Of a DNA stretch of 64,000 nt, positions 50,861-60,770 are shown in pieces. The DNA is taken from NCBI GenBank assembly GCA_964497515.1, contig CAZCCV010000009.1:643-64642 (forward strand), given 5' to 3'. Below the pieces are notes generated by a model. That model was not told the origin of the DNA and did no database searches. It was given only the letters and a program-made list of their open reading frames with translations. Position numbers and translations under genes: made by a program. Positions within the stretch are counted from its first letter, which is position 1, and each line of letters opens with the position of its first letter. Origin of the DNA: an uncultured bacterium (GTDB taxonomy: Bacteria > Armatimonadota > UBA5829 > DTLH01).

Positions 50861-51589
50861 GTGAGCAATCAGTCTGAAACAAAGTGCGCGCCAAAACACG
50901 TAGCAGTAATAATGGATGGCAATGGACGTTGGGCAACCAGACGCGGGCTGGAACGCATTGAAGGGCATTTCCAGGGATACCGGGCGTTGAAGCGATTCGT
51001 GGAATTCGCACCCGATTTCGGAATAGAAATCGTTACCGCGTACGGATTTTCAACGGAAAACTGGCACCGCCCCAAAGAAGAGACAGACGCGCTGATGCAA
51101 CTAATTGCGGAAGCTGCCCATCGTGAAGCTGAAAGCCTGCACGAGCAAGGCGTAAAAATGATAATAAGTGGGCGACTGTCGGAACTCCCTGAGCATACCA
51201 GAATCGCGCTCTCTCACGATATGGAGCTCACAAAGGACAATACGAAACTCACTCTAAACCTCGCTATAAACTACGGTGGGCGGGCTGAAATAGCCGACGC
51301 TGCTAAGGCGATTGCGCGACGAGTCGAAAATGGAGAGATCGACCCTGAATCGGTGGATGAGGAGCTTTTCGCAGCGCATCTCTATGCCCCTGGGCTCCCC
51401 GACCCCGACCTGCTGATACGCACTGCAAACGAGATGAGAATAAGCAATTTTCTGCTGTGGGAGATCGCCTACAGCGAGATATACGTTACAGAAAAGCTAT
51501 GGCCCGACTTTGACAGTGATGAATTGGCCAAAGCGATCGAGGTTTATCAGGGTAGAACGCGGAAGTTCGGAACGGTAGTTGAACAATGA
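50861..51589 (+). CDS. uppS: Isoprenyl transferase (undecaprenyl-diphosphate synthase).
   Basis: HVAVIMDGNGRWA. GTG start. AAGAGG RBS. Confidence 0.9.
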   Translation: MSNQSETKCAPKHVAVIMDGNGRWATRRGLERIEGHFQGYRALKRFVEFAPDFGIEIVTAYGFSTENWHRPKEETDALMQLIAEAAHREAESLHEQGVKMIISGRLSELPEHTRIALSHDMELTKDNTKLTLNLAINYGGRAEIADAAKAIARRVENGEIDPESVDEELFAAHLYAPGLPDPDLLIRTANEMRISNFLLWEIAYSEIYVTEKLWPDFDSDELAKAIEVYQGRTRKFGTVVEQ

Positions 51590-52761
51590 AGAAGCGAATA
51601 TCTGTGCTGGGATCAACTGGATCGATCGGAACGCAGGTGCTGGATGTAGCCGAACGATTGCCCGAAAGCATTGAAATAACAGCACTCGCAGCGCACTCAA
51701 ATGTTAAACTGTTGGCAGAGCAGGCGCTGAAGTTTCAGCCAAAACTGGTAACAATTGGTAAGACAGAGCTTGAGAAGGAACTGAAGGAACTGCTGGCAGG
51801 CACTGATACCGAGGTAACATCCGGAGACGAAGGCTGGCTAAGAGCAGCGACAGAGCAGGATGCCGACCAAGTTGTCGTTTCGGTGGCGGGGACTCCAGGA
51901 CTTCTTCCGACACTGGCAGCGATCGACGCAGGCAAAGAGATAGCACTTGCCAGCAAAGAGGTGCTAGTCTGTGCTGGCGAAATTGTGAGTGCGCGAGCTG
52001 CTGAGAAGGGTGTAAATATCCTTCCCATCGACAGCGAACATTCCGCAATATTCCAATGTCTGAATGGCGAAAATGCCAAATCGATAGAGAAGCTATACCT
52101 TACCGCCTCAGGCGGCCCATTTCGCAATGTATCAAGCGAGGAAATGGCAAAAGTTACACCTGCGCGCGCCCTTGACCACCCTACGTGGCGAATGGGTCGA
52201 AAGGTTACGATAGACTCGGCAACACTGATGAACAAGGGTCTGGAAATAATCGAGGCGCGATGGTTGTTTGGCGTTGAAGCAAACGATATTGAGGTGGTCG
52301 TCCATCCTAAGAGCATCGTGCACTCTATGGTAATGTTTAGAGACGGCTCAGTAATCGCACAACTCGGATTGCCAGATATGAGGCTACCGATTCAATATGC
52401 TCTTCTTTATCCTGAAAGGTATGACTCACGACTGCCGCGGGTAGATATTCTAGAGGTAGGTTCGCTTGAGTTCTTTCCACCGGACTATACGAAGTTTCCG
52501 GCGCTCGAATTGGCTCGGGCAGCCGTAAATGCTGGCGGAACGATGCCTGCCGTTATGAATGCGGCTGATGAGGTCGCAGTAGGATTATTTTTGACCGGAA
52601 AAACCGGTTTTCTTGACATAGCAAAGCTGGTAGAACGCACAATGCAGTCCCATAACCCAGTGCAGCAACCTTCGCTGGAAGATATTCTGGCGGCAGACGC
52701 TTGGGCAAGGGAGACTACGCGAAGCTTTGTTGGAGGAACGGATAATGGCTCATATATTTAA
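51586..52761 (+). CDS. dxr: 1-deoxy-D-xylulose 5-phosphate reductoisomerase.
   Basis: ISVLGSTGSIGTQ NADPH motif. ATGA overlap with the uppS stop. Confidence 0.95.
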   Translation: MKKRISVLGSTGSIGTQVLDVAERLPESIEITALAAHSNVKLLAEQALKFQPKLVTIGKTELEKELKELLAGTDTEVTSGDEGWLRAATEQDADQVVVSVAGTPGLLPTLAAIDAGKEIALASKEVLVCAGEIVSARAAEKGVNILPIDSEHSAIFQCLNGENAKSIEKLYLTASGGPFRNVSSEEMAKVTPARALDHPTWRMGRKVTIDSATLMNKGLEIIEARWLFGVEANDIEVVVHPKSIVHSMVMFRDGSVIAQLGLPDMRLPIQYALLYPERYDSRLPRVDILEVGSLEFFPPDYTKFPALELARAAVNAGGTMPAVMNAADEVAVGLFLTGKTGFLDIAKLVERTMQSHNPVQQPSLEDILAADAWARETTRSFVGGTDNGSYI

Positions 52762-53845
52762 TACCGCTGTAGTATTTGCCGTGGTACTTGGCGTCCTTGT
52801 AGTTGTCCATGAGCTTGGTCACTATTGGATGGCAAAACGAGTAGGTATGAAGGTTCACGAGTTTGCATTCGGATTCGGGCCGAGAATTGCAGGACTGTTC
52901 AAACGTGGCGATACACAGTTCAACGTCAGAGCGATTCCTCTGGGAGGATTTGTGAGCATTGCCGGAATGGATCCAAACGAGGAGAACATGGAGGGAGGTT
53001 TCAACTCGAAGCCAATCTCTGCGAGAGCCCTGGTAATTCTAGCAGGCCCAGTTATGAGCCTGTTACTTGGATATGTGGTTTTCCTGTTGATTGGGTTTGT
53101 TTGGGGATTTCCTACAGATAGAACACTGGTTGCACAGGTCGAACCTAACAGTCCGGCACAGAGATCTGGACTTTGCAAGGGTGACGTTATCTATGGGCTG
53201 AATGGCAAACATCTTGACACAGAGCAACTGGTAAAAGCCATCCATGAGAGTCCTGAAAAAGAAGCAGTCCTGCTGGTTCAAAGAAATGGTAAAGAGATCA
53301 CCATCAAAGCCACTCCTGAACTGAAACCTAATCCCATTCTTGAACAGGTGACCCCGGAAAAGCGTGCAGAACTACTACGTGATCCAGAGTTCAACAGAAA
53401 TGTGGGTTTGCTGGGATTCAAACCAGCATCGCAACTGGAACGAACCAGTGTAATCATGTCGATCATGAAAGGCACAATACAGAGCTACGAGGCAGCTCGA
53501 GCGATAATCCTCACCTTCGCAAGTTGGTCGAAAGTAAAAGAGGGTGTTGGCGGAATCGTGGCGATTGCGTACGTAACAAACGATATGGTGAAAGCCGGCA
53601 CAAGAGCAGTATTTGTTGAATTGGCACTACTGTCGGTTATGCTGGGGATTCTCAATCTGGTTCCTTGGCCTGTGCTCGACGGTGGACATATTCTGTATCT
53701 GATCATCGAAAAGATACGTGGCAAGAAGATGAGAGCTGAAAACTGGTATGCAATCCAGTTGGCTGGGATGGGCGTGCTGATCTTCCTGGCGATTCTTCTG
53801 GTATATGTAGATATTTCCAGAATCGCCGGTGGGAAGTTCTTCTAA
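52745..53845 (+). CDS. rseP: RIP zinc metalloprotease (site-2 protease) RseP with a PDZ domain.
   Basis: HELGHYWMAKRVGM HExxH motif. LDG motif in LVPWPVLDGGHILY. PDZ region. Confidence 0.85.
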   Translation: MAHIFNTAVVFAVVLGVLVVVHELGHYWMAKRVGMKVHEFAFGFGPRIAGLFKRGDTQFNVRAIPLGGFVSIAGMDPNEENMEGGFNSKPISARALVILAGPVMSLLLGYVVFLLIGFVWGFPTDRTLVAQVEPNSPAQRSGLCKGDVIYGLNGKHLDTEQLVKAIHESPEKEAVLLVQRNGKEITIKATPELKPNPILEQVTPEKRAELLRDPEFNRNVGLLGFKPASQLERTSVIMSIMKGTIQSYEAARAIILTFASWSKVKEGVGGIVAIAYVTNDMVKAGTRAVFVELALLSVMLGILNLVPWPVLDGGHILYLIIEKIRGKKMRAENWYAIQLAGMGVLIFLAILLVYVDISRIAGGKFF

Positions 53846-54911
53846 TAGGGATATGCAGCGAAAACAGACCAGACCAGTGAGAGTCGGAAGCGTTATAATC
53901 GGCGGTGATGCCCCGATTGCAATTCAGTCGATGACCACAACCGACACGCGCGACGTGGCATCTACGGTGGCGCAGATTCATCAACTTGAGAATGCCGGGT
54001 GTGAAATCGTCCGTGTGGCAGTTCCTGATGAGGCCGCTGCAGCAGCTCTGGGAGATATCAAGCGCCAGATTCACATTCCTCTGGTCGCCGACATCCACTT
54101 CAATCATCAGTTCGCACTAACCGCGCTAAAGGCCGGCGTAGATAAACTTCGCATCAACCCGGGAAATATCGGCTCACGCGACCGGGTAGAGGCTGTAGCA
54201 TCGGCAGCCGCAGAGCGCAATGTGCCTATTAGGATCGGCGCTAATGTGGGCTCGATAGACAAAAAGCGGTATGGTGAACCCTCACCTGAGACCCTCGCAG
54301 CAAGTGCTCTCGACCAAGTGAAAATACTGGAGGATGTAGGGTTCGAGGATATTGTTTTATCGCTTAAGGCGTTCGACGTGCCGCTCACGGTTGAAGCATA
54401 TCGAATCGTCTCTCAAGCCGTCCCCTACCCGCTTCATCTCGGCATAACCGAATCTGGTTTGCCTTGGGAGGGAACGATACGGTCTGCTGTAGGAATCGGA
54501 GCACTGCTTGCGGAAGGAATTGGGGACACTCTGCGGGTATCGTTGACAGGTGATCCGATTGAAGAAGTAATCGTTGGAGCCGAGATTCTCTCTGCACTAA
54601 ATTTGCGGTCGAAGCCATACACTATAGTGTCGTGTCCGACGTGTGGTCGGTGCGAGATCGACCTGAAAGAGATAGCCAATGAGGTCAGACAGCGGCTTGC
54701 ACAAACGCCACCATCACGCCCGATGAAAATTGCGGTTATGGGGTGCGTTGTAAACGGTCCCGGAGAAGCCGAGATGGCCGATGTGGGAATAGCGGGTGGA
54801 GCTGGAATCGGTCTGATCTTCGCTAGAGGCAAGATGCTGCGCAGGGTGCCCGAAACCCAGTTGGTAGATGAGTTAATGAAGGAAATCAAAGAGATTGAGC
54901 ATAATACGTAA
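53829..54911 (+). CDS. ispG: 4-hydroxy-3-methylbut-2-enyl diphosphate synthase (flavodoxin).
   Basis: GDAPIAIQSMTTTDT and CPTCGRCEIDL [4Fe-4S] motifs. Start is ambiguous (53829 or 53853). Confidence 0.9.
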   Translation: MGSSSNRDMQRKQTRPVRVGSVIIGGDAPIAIQSMTTTDTRDVASTVAQIHQLENAGCEIVRVAVPDEAAAAALGDIKRQIHIPLVADIHFNHQFALTALKAGVDKLRINPGNIGSRDRVEAVASAAAERNVPIRIGANVGSIDKKRYGEPSPETLAASALDQVKILEDVGFEDIVLSLKAFDVPLTVEAYRIVSQAVPYPLHLGITESGLPWEGTIRSAVGIGALLAEGIGDTLRVSLTGDPIEEVIVGAEILSALNLRSKPYTIVSCPTCGRCEIDLKEIANEVRQRLAQTPPSRPMKIAVMGCVVNGPGEAEMADVGIAGGAGIGLIFARGKMLRRVPETQLVDELMKEIKEIEHNT

Positions 54912-55350
54912 GGCAAGAGTTGAAGACGTAGCGGTAATGCAGAAGCTCGTAAACGGTTTTGCGGACCGCGGCGAGATGCTGTATCGGTCGCTAAATGATA
55001 TATATGAAAACATCAGAGACTACAACATAGTTGAAGTGAACGGTGAAATCGTAGGCTGCTGTGCGCTGCACGTTAGCTGGGGTGACCTAGCAGAAATCAA
55101 GTCGCTGGCTGTTGCCGAAGAGTTCCACGGTCAGGGATGGGGCAAGATGCTAATCGAGAAGTGTATCGAGGAAGCTCGTGAACTCGGTGTGCCGCAAGTC
55201 TTTGCGCTGACTTACAGGCCCACTTTCTTCGAACGCATGGGTTTCAGCAGAATAGATAAGAACGATTTACCACGCAAGATATGGTCTGAGTGCATCAACT
55301 GCCCAAAGTATCCGGACTGCGGCGAAGAAGCGTTGACAAGAGACGTTTAA
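54895..55350 (+). CDS. GNAT-family N-acetyltransferase.
   Basis: Acetyl-CoA-binding motif QGWGKMLIEKCIEEA. 17-nt overlap with ispG. Confidence 0.7.
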   Translation: MSIIRKARVEDVAVMQKLVNGFADRGEMLYRSLNDIYENIRDYNIVEVNGEIVGCCALHVSWGDLAEIKSLAVAEEFHGQGWGKMLIEKCIEEARELGVPQVFALTYRPTFFERMGFSRIDKNDLPRKIWSECINCPKYPDCGEEALTRDV

Positions 55351-55441
55351 GCAGGAATGGATTCCTTTCTCTTGATATCGCTTGACAATGGCTGCCGGCA
55401 AGAAGATCGGTAAGGCGCCTTTCAGCGCAGTAGAGAGTGAA

Positions 55442-55936
55442 ATGAAATACTACTTTGCTACAGTAGAGACCCCTATTGGTTGGCTGACAGTTATCGGAAG
55501 CAACGATAAACTGGTCGAAATCAACTGGCCAAAGCCCACTAAAGAGGCCGCACTGGCCGAGATTTCCAGGGATATGACCGAGTCGAAGGAAAAACTAGGC
55601 GAACTCGTGAATCGCCTGCGTCTCTATTTCAATGGGGAGCGTGTAGATTTCTCGGATGTAGGTGTTTCTTTCGACCATATGGGCGCGTTTGAGCAGCGAG
55701 TACTCCGAGAGACAATGAAGATTCCATACGGTAGGCTTACTACCTATGGAGCGCTGGCGGTTGCGGCAGGATCGCCTAGGGCAGCAAGGGCGGTTGGAAA
55801 CACTATGCGCAAGAACCCGCTTCCGATCGTAGTGCCCTGCCACAGGGTGGTGCACAGCGACGGAGGTCTCGGCGGCTATGCCGGCGGGCTGCATATTAAG
55901 CGTATGTTACTTGATCTGGAGGGTGCAAGTCTGTGA
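55442..55936 (+). CDS. ogt: Methylated-DNA-protein-cysteine methyltransferase.
   Basis: IVVPCHRVV active-site PCHR motif. Likely start is MKYYFATV (55442) rather than 55382. Confidence 0.8.
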   Translation: MKYYFATVETPIGWLTVIGSNDKLVEINWPKPTKEAALAEISRDMTESKEKLGELVNRLRLYFNGERVDFSDVGVSFDHMGAFEQRVLRETMKIPYGRLTTYGALAVAAGSPRAARAVGNTMRKNPLPIVVPCHRVVHSDGGLGGYAGGLHIKRMLLDLEGASL

Positions 55937-56328
55937 ATGTGCTTGTCAGGTGGATAGTTGCGGCGATTGCCGTTTGGCTTGCTGTGTGGCTGGGCGATAA
56001 GATAGGGATCGGGCTCGAATGGATGGGCTTCGGCAAAGCGTTGATCTTTGTGCTGGTACTTGCACTGTTAAATACCCTTGTTCGCCCAATAGTGCTGATT
56101 CTGATTAATCTGTTCGCAATGCCACTGAACTGCCTTACAATGGGGCTGTTTGGATTAGTGTCTGCGCTGATTTTGAACGTGCTGTTCTTCTGGTGGGCGG
56201 CCAACCTGACCGGTGGGCTTAAAGTGGATGGCTTCCTGGCAGCATTTTTCGGATCGGTAGTCGTCAGTGTGGCAAGCGGTGCCATTAGCGGCCTTGCCTG
56301 CAAAGCAACGCAACCAAGAGAGAATTAG
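55933..56328 (+). CDS. DUF360 / phage-holin-family-4-like small membrane protein.
   Basis: 4 TM. LLNTLVRPIVLILINLFAMPLNCLTMGLFGLVSALILNVL pattern. 4-nt overlap with the ogt stop and 1-nt overlap with the rapZ start. Confidence 0.65.
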   Translation: MNVLVRWIVAAIAVWLAVWLGDKIGIGLEWMGFGKALIFVLVLALLNTLVRPIVLILINLFAMPLNCLTMGLFGLVSALILNVLFFWWAANLTGGLKVDGFLAAFFGSVVVSVASGAISGLACKATQPREN

Positions 56329-57218
56329 TGAAAACAGAGAGACAGCTTGTAGTCGTAACAGGGATGTCTGGGGCGGGAAAGACTCTCGCGATCCGCACTT
56401 TTGAGGATCTCAACTATTTCTGCATCGACAATCTTCCGCCGGATCTACTTACAAACGTAGTAAACCTGTGGAAGAAATCCGGAGCCAGCTTAGAGGATCT
56501 GGCCATAGTAGTAGACATTCGCACCGGGCAGTTCTTTGGTGACTTCCTGGAAGCATATCAGGAACTCGCCATCACCAGTGTGGAAGGCTATGGGCGTGCG
56601 AAAATTCTGTTTCTGGACGCCTCCGATCCGGTGTTGATACGCCGTTTCAAAGAGACCAGAAGAAAACACCCGCTCGTGAACGAATCGAGAGGGATTCTCG
56701 ATAGTATCAAAGAAGAGCGCAGACTCCTCGCTGACATCAAAGAGAAAGCCGACAAAATCGTCGACACATCTAACCTCGAACCAGAGGGGCTGCGAAGGGA
56801 GATCCGACAGTATTTCGGCCAGAAGGACGTGCAGCAGGGGATGGTCATAACTGTTGCATCTTTCGGCTACAAGTATGGAATACCTCTCGACGCCGACCTT
56901 GTATTTGATGTGCGATTTTTGGCAAACCCATATTGGGTGGAGAGTCTGTCTAAACTGGATGGAACTCACCAGGAAGTGCGGCACTATGTGTTGTCGGATC
57001 CGCTTACAGAGCCGCTTATGGAGCGACTCTCTAACCTGGTAGAGTTCTCGATTCCTCAGTATGAAAAAGAGGGCAAGGCGTATCTGACGATAGCTATCGG
57101 CTGCACCGGCGGCAGACACAGGTCGGTGGTTGTTGCAAGTGAACTGGCTAGATATCTGGATGTCAGAGGTTTTCGGGTGGTAGTAGAGCACAGGGACTGC
57201 CCTAAGGACAACCGCTGA
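56328..57218 (+). CDS. rapZ: RNase adapter protein RapZ (YvcJ family P-loop protein).
   Basis: VVVTGMSGAGKTLAIRTFEDLNYFCIDNLP. Confidence 0.9.
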   Translation: MKTERQLVVVTGMSGAGKTLAIRTFEDLNYFCIDNLPPDLLTNVVNLWKKSGASLEDLAIVVDIRTGQFFGDFLEAYQELAITSVEGYGRAKILFLDASDPVLIRRFKETRRKHPLVNESRGILDSIKEERRLLADIKEKADKIVDTSNLEPEGLRREIRQYFGQKDVQQGMVITVASFGYKYGIPLDADLVFDVRFLANPYWVESLSKLDGTHQEVRHYVLSDPLTEPLMERLSNLVEFSIPQYEKEGKAYLTIAIGCTGGRHRSVVVASELARYLDVRGFRVVVEHRDCPKDNR

Positions 57219-57237
57219 GAGCGGCTCGATAGACATT

Positions 57238-58524
57238 ATGTGGAGTTCCATCAAATGGCTGTACCCGGGTATGCGGGTCAAACGATGGCTGCTGCTGGTT
57301 CCGGTTGGAGCCTTTGCCATAGTTGTGGGGGTAGCGTTACTTGCTAATGTAGCGGTAATTGACTATCTGGATTCTATCGCCCGTTTTTCGTTGACTCATT
57401 TCGGACTGAACCTCAGACAGCCGGCAGCGTTGTTGACTATCAGTATCGCGCTGATGCTGCTCGGACTGCTTCTTATATTCGTCGCACTTAGGCAGGTAAT
57501 CCGCTCGATAGTGAGTGTTGTAGACCCTGAAGCACGCGACCAGTTAGCAAACGTCATCTTCAAGAAGCGCTATCTAGCTCAGGGGCGGCGCATAGTTGTG
57601 ATAGGCGGCGGAACGGGTCTTTCCACGATGCTAAGAGGTCTCAAGCAGTACTCCAGCAACATCACGGCAATAGTCGCTGTAACTGACGATGGTGGGAGTT
57701 CTGGCGTGCTGCGACGTGAACTCGGCGTGTTGCCACCTGGCGATATTCGCAACTGCATAGTCGCACTCGCTGACGAGGAACCTCTTATGACCGAACTGTT
57801 GCAGTATCGGTTCAATGGAGGCACTGGCTCGCTGCAAGGGCACTCTTTTGGAAACCTCCTGATTGCAGCGATGACCAATATAACTGGCGATTTCGAGCGT
57901 GCCGTCACAGAAACGAGTAATATCCTGGCTATCAGAGGGCGAGTGCTGCCAGCAACCACTGATAATGTTCAACTCCACGCCGAGCTGGCAGATGGCTCGC
58001 TTGTAGATGGTGAGACTAGTATTGTAGAATCTGGCAAACCTATCCGACATATATTTATGACGCCAGCCGATGCAAAACCGCTGGATGAAGCTATAGATGC
58101 TGTTCTTTATGCCGATGTAATCGTTATAGGACCCGGAAGCGTTTACACTAGTGTAGTGCCTCCGCTGCTCGTAAAAGGCGTTGTCGATGCGATTGCAGAA
58201 TCGGGTGCCGCCAAGATATATGTATGCAACGTGATGACCCAGCCTGGTGAGACAGATGGCTTCACAGCTTCGGAGCACGTAAGCGCAGTTGCGAATCATT
58301 GCAGCAAAAAGATATTCAATTATGTTCTTGTTAACCGACAGATACCCAGGCCGGACTTGCTCGACAAGTACCGCGAGACTAATGCAGAACTCGTGCTGCC
58401 TGACACCGACAAGATCAAAGATATGGGCTATAGAGCGATTGTAGGTGATTTCATCAGCCAGACGGACGTGGTTCGCCACGATCCCGAGCAGCTTGCTAGT
58501 GCTATCATCAAGTTGATTGACTAG
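57238..58524 (+). CDS. yvcK: YvcK/CuvA-family (UPF0052, CofD-like) gluconeogenesis factor with an unusual N-terminal extension of about 100 aa and two TM helices.
   Basis: RIVVIGGGTGLSTMLRGLK. The N-terminal hydrophobic helices are LLLVPVGAFAIVVGVALLANVAV and LLTISIALMLLGLLLIFVAL. Confidence 0.85.
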   Translation: MWSSIKWLYPGMRVKRWLLLVPVGAFAIVVGVALLANVAVIDYLDSIARFSLTHFGLNLRQPAALLTISIALMLLGLLLIFVALRQVIRSIVSVVDPEARDQLANVIFKKRYLAQGRRIVVIGGGTGLSTMLRGLKQYSSNITAIVAVTDDGGSSGVLRRELGVLPPGDIRNCIVALADEEPLMTELLQYRFNGGTGSLQGHSFGNLLIAAMTNITGDFERAVTETSNILAIRGRVLPATTDNVQLHAELADGSLVDGETSIVESGKPIRHIFMTPADAKPLDEAIDAVLYADVIVIGPGSVYTSVVPPLLVKGVVDAIAESGAAKIYVCNVMTQPGETDGFTASEHVSAVANHCSKKIFNYVLVNRQIPRPDLLDKYRETNAELVLPDTDKIKDMGYRAIVGDFISQTDVVRHDPEQLASAIIKLID

Positions 58525-58563
58525 CGGCTTTACAGTTTCTCTTATGAGCTCTACACTATTGTT

Positions 58564-59157
58564 ATGACTCGACTAATACTAGCTTCAGCTTCACCGAGGC
58601 GGAAGGAACTGCTCGCGCTGATATGCAGTCAGTATGAAGTAGCCCCATCCAAGTTCGATGAAGGGCAGGTCAGCGATAGTCTTGATCCAGAGGAACGCGT
58701 GCTGCAATTGGCAAAAGAAAAGGCCTGTGAAGTCGCCGACAGCATTACCGATGGTATAGTGATCGGAGCTGATACCGTGGTTGCAATCGACGGTCAGATA
58801 CTGGGCAAACCGGCAGATGAAGCCGATGCCAGAAGGATGCTCCGACTGCTATCCGGAAGAATACACAAGGTATATACCGGCGTATGCGTAATAGCAGTGG
58901 AAAACGACTATTGTCGCGAGATATTAGATACTGAGTGCACGGAAGTCTCTTTCTCTGAGTTATCGGACGATGTGATCGACCGTTATATATCGACTGGCGA
59001 GCCGCTCGACAAGGCGGGAGGATATGCAATACAGGGTAAGGGCAGCGTCCTGATAAAGGGGATAAATGGGTGTTATTTCAACGTTGTTGGCCTCCCCATT
59101 TACAGGCTCGCGCAGCTTTTGGAAGACATAGGTGTGGAAACGCTGGACTGCGATTGA
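58564..59157 (+). CDS. maf: Maf-like dTTP/UTP pyrophosphatase.
   Basis: LILASASPRRKELL motif. Confidence 0.9.
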   Translation: MTRLILASASPRRKELLALICSQYEVAPSKFDEGQVSDSLDPEERVLQLAKEKACEVADSITDGIVIGADTVVAIDGQILGKPADEADARRMLRLLSGRIHKVYTGVCVIAVENDYCREILDTECTEVSFSELSDDVIDRYISTGEPLDKAGGYAIQGKGSVLIKGINGCYFNVVGLPIYRLAQLLEDIGVETLDCD

Positions 59158-59273
59158 TTTCATTGCACACAATAGCCCAGTCATTGTATTGCGCAATATC
59201 TCAATTAGAATTGTAATATAATGACTATTATTTCGACGCTAACTGAACCGAAAAACAGAGAGGAAGTGATAAG

Positions 59274-60761
59274 ATGGGTACACGAGTATACTTGCTGGCA
59301 ATCGCTTTTGTCCTAATTTTTGCTGCTATTGTTGTTGCTGCATCCTCAGGGACGAGCTTCCGAAAAGGAATCGAACACTACCGAAATGGCGATTTGGTGT
59401 CGGCTACCATCGAGCTTAAGCAGGCTGTGGATACCGATCCACGCAACGCCTCTGCACAAAGCTGGCTGGGATTTGTATTGCTGAAGCAAAACAGAAATGC
59501 AGACGCTGTTGCACATCTCCAGATTGCATCGGAGCTTGCGCCGAAAGACGCTGACGTATGGACCAACCTCGGCTCAGCTTATTTGATTATAGGCGAAAAC
59601 GAAAAGGCCGTTAAGGCTTATGAAGAGGCCAACGCACTTCGTCCAAATTCGGGTGATACAAAGTACAATCTGGCCAATGCCTATCGCCGTGTCGGCAGGC
59701 TATCTGACGCCGAGAGAGTGTTTGCGGAAGCAGCCACAGCCAAACCGACGGACGTGAACATCCTGAACAACCTTGGGATAACACTTCAGGAACTATCGAA
59801 GATAGATGAGGCTATAGCTGTCTTCAGAAGAGCACTGGAAATCGATCCCGATAACACGACAATTCTGACCAACCTGGGCAGTGCACTGCAGGTGAAGGGT
59901 GACAAAGCCGGTGCAAAGAAGGCTTTCAGCAGGCTTTTGGAGCTTGATAGTTCCAACTATTATGCGTATACATCACTCGGAAAGGTTCTGGCTGATGAGG
60001 GAAACACCGATGCTGCCATTGAGCAGTACAGAAAGGCCGCCGAATCAAAACCCGACCAATTTACGGCCAACTACGATCTTGGAGTGCTCCACAGCAGAAT
60101 CGGCAACCATAAAGAGGCTGTAGAGGCTTTCTCTTCTGCAAACAAAATCAAGCCGAACGACATCAATACAATGATCAATTTGGGATGGTCGTTGTTCAAA
60201 TCTGGACGAGTTACCGATGCCATCAACCAGCTCAATCTGGTGATTGATCTGGAGCCAGGCAACCTTGACGTGCACACCAGACTGGCGATTATCTATACTA
60301 CCGAGCTTGAGACGGTTTCGGATGCGACTCTGAAACAGAACTACACCAAGAACGCCATAACTGAATGGGGACACGTATCTCAGATAGATCCGTCGAATGT
60401 GGCGGCTTTCGTCAATATGGCTAATATGTATCTGGACACTAACCAGCACGAAAAGGCTGCCGAAAACTACAGTGCAGCTTTGGAGATCGAACCCAATAAC
60501 CCGCAGGCAGGATTGGGGCTGGGGCTGGTGTATGTAGCTCAGGGAGAACTCGATAAGGCGATAACCCAATACCGGGCGCTAATTAAGACAAATCCGAGTC
60601 TGGCTTCCGCTCACAACAACTTGGGTGTTGCATTGGAGAAGAATGGTCAGGTAGAAGAAGCGAAAGAACACTATCGAAAGGCATTGACGCTCGACCCGAA
60701 TTACTCTGATGCCAAATACAATCTGGAACGATTGAGTCATACAGACAAGCCGAATGGATAA
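59274..60761 (+). CDS. Tetratricopeptide-repeat protein with an N-terminal TM anchor.
   Basis: About 12 TPR units of 34 aa (W/LGxxY, AxxxYxxAL patterns). Confidence 0.75.
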   Translation: MGTRVYLLAIAFVLIFAAIVVAASSGTSFRKGIEHYRNGDLVSATIELKQAVDTDPRNASAQSWLGFVLLKQNRNADAVAHLQIASELAPKDADVWTNLGSAYLIIGENEKAVKAYEEANALRPNSGDTKYNLANAYRRVGRLSDAERVFAEAATAKPTDVNILNNLGITLQELSKIDEAIAVFRRALEIDPDNTTILTNLGSALQVKGDKAGAKKAFSRLLELDSSNYYAYTSLGKVLADEGNTDAAIEQYRKAAESKPDQFTANYDLGVLHSRIGNHKEAVEAFSSANKIKPNDINTMINLGWSLFKSGRVTDAINQLNLVIDLEPGNLDVHTRLAIIYTTELETVSDATLKQNYTKNAITEWGHVSQIDPSNVAAFVNMANMYLDTNQHEKAAENYSAALEIEPNNPQAGLGLGLVYVAQGELDKAITQYRALIKTNPSLASAHNNLGVALEKNGQVEEAKEHYRKALTLDPNYSDAKYNLERLSHTDKPNG

Positions 60762-60770
60762 CACACAGTC

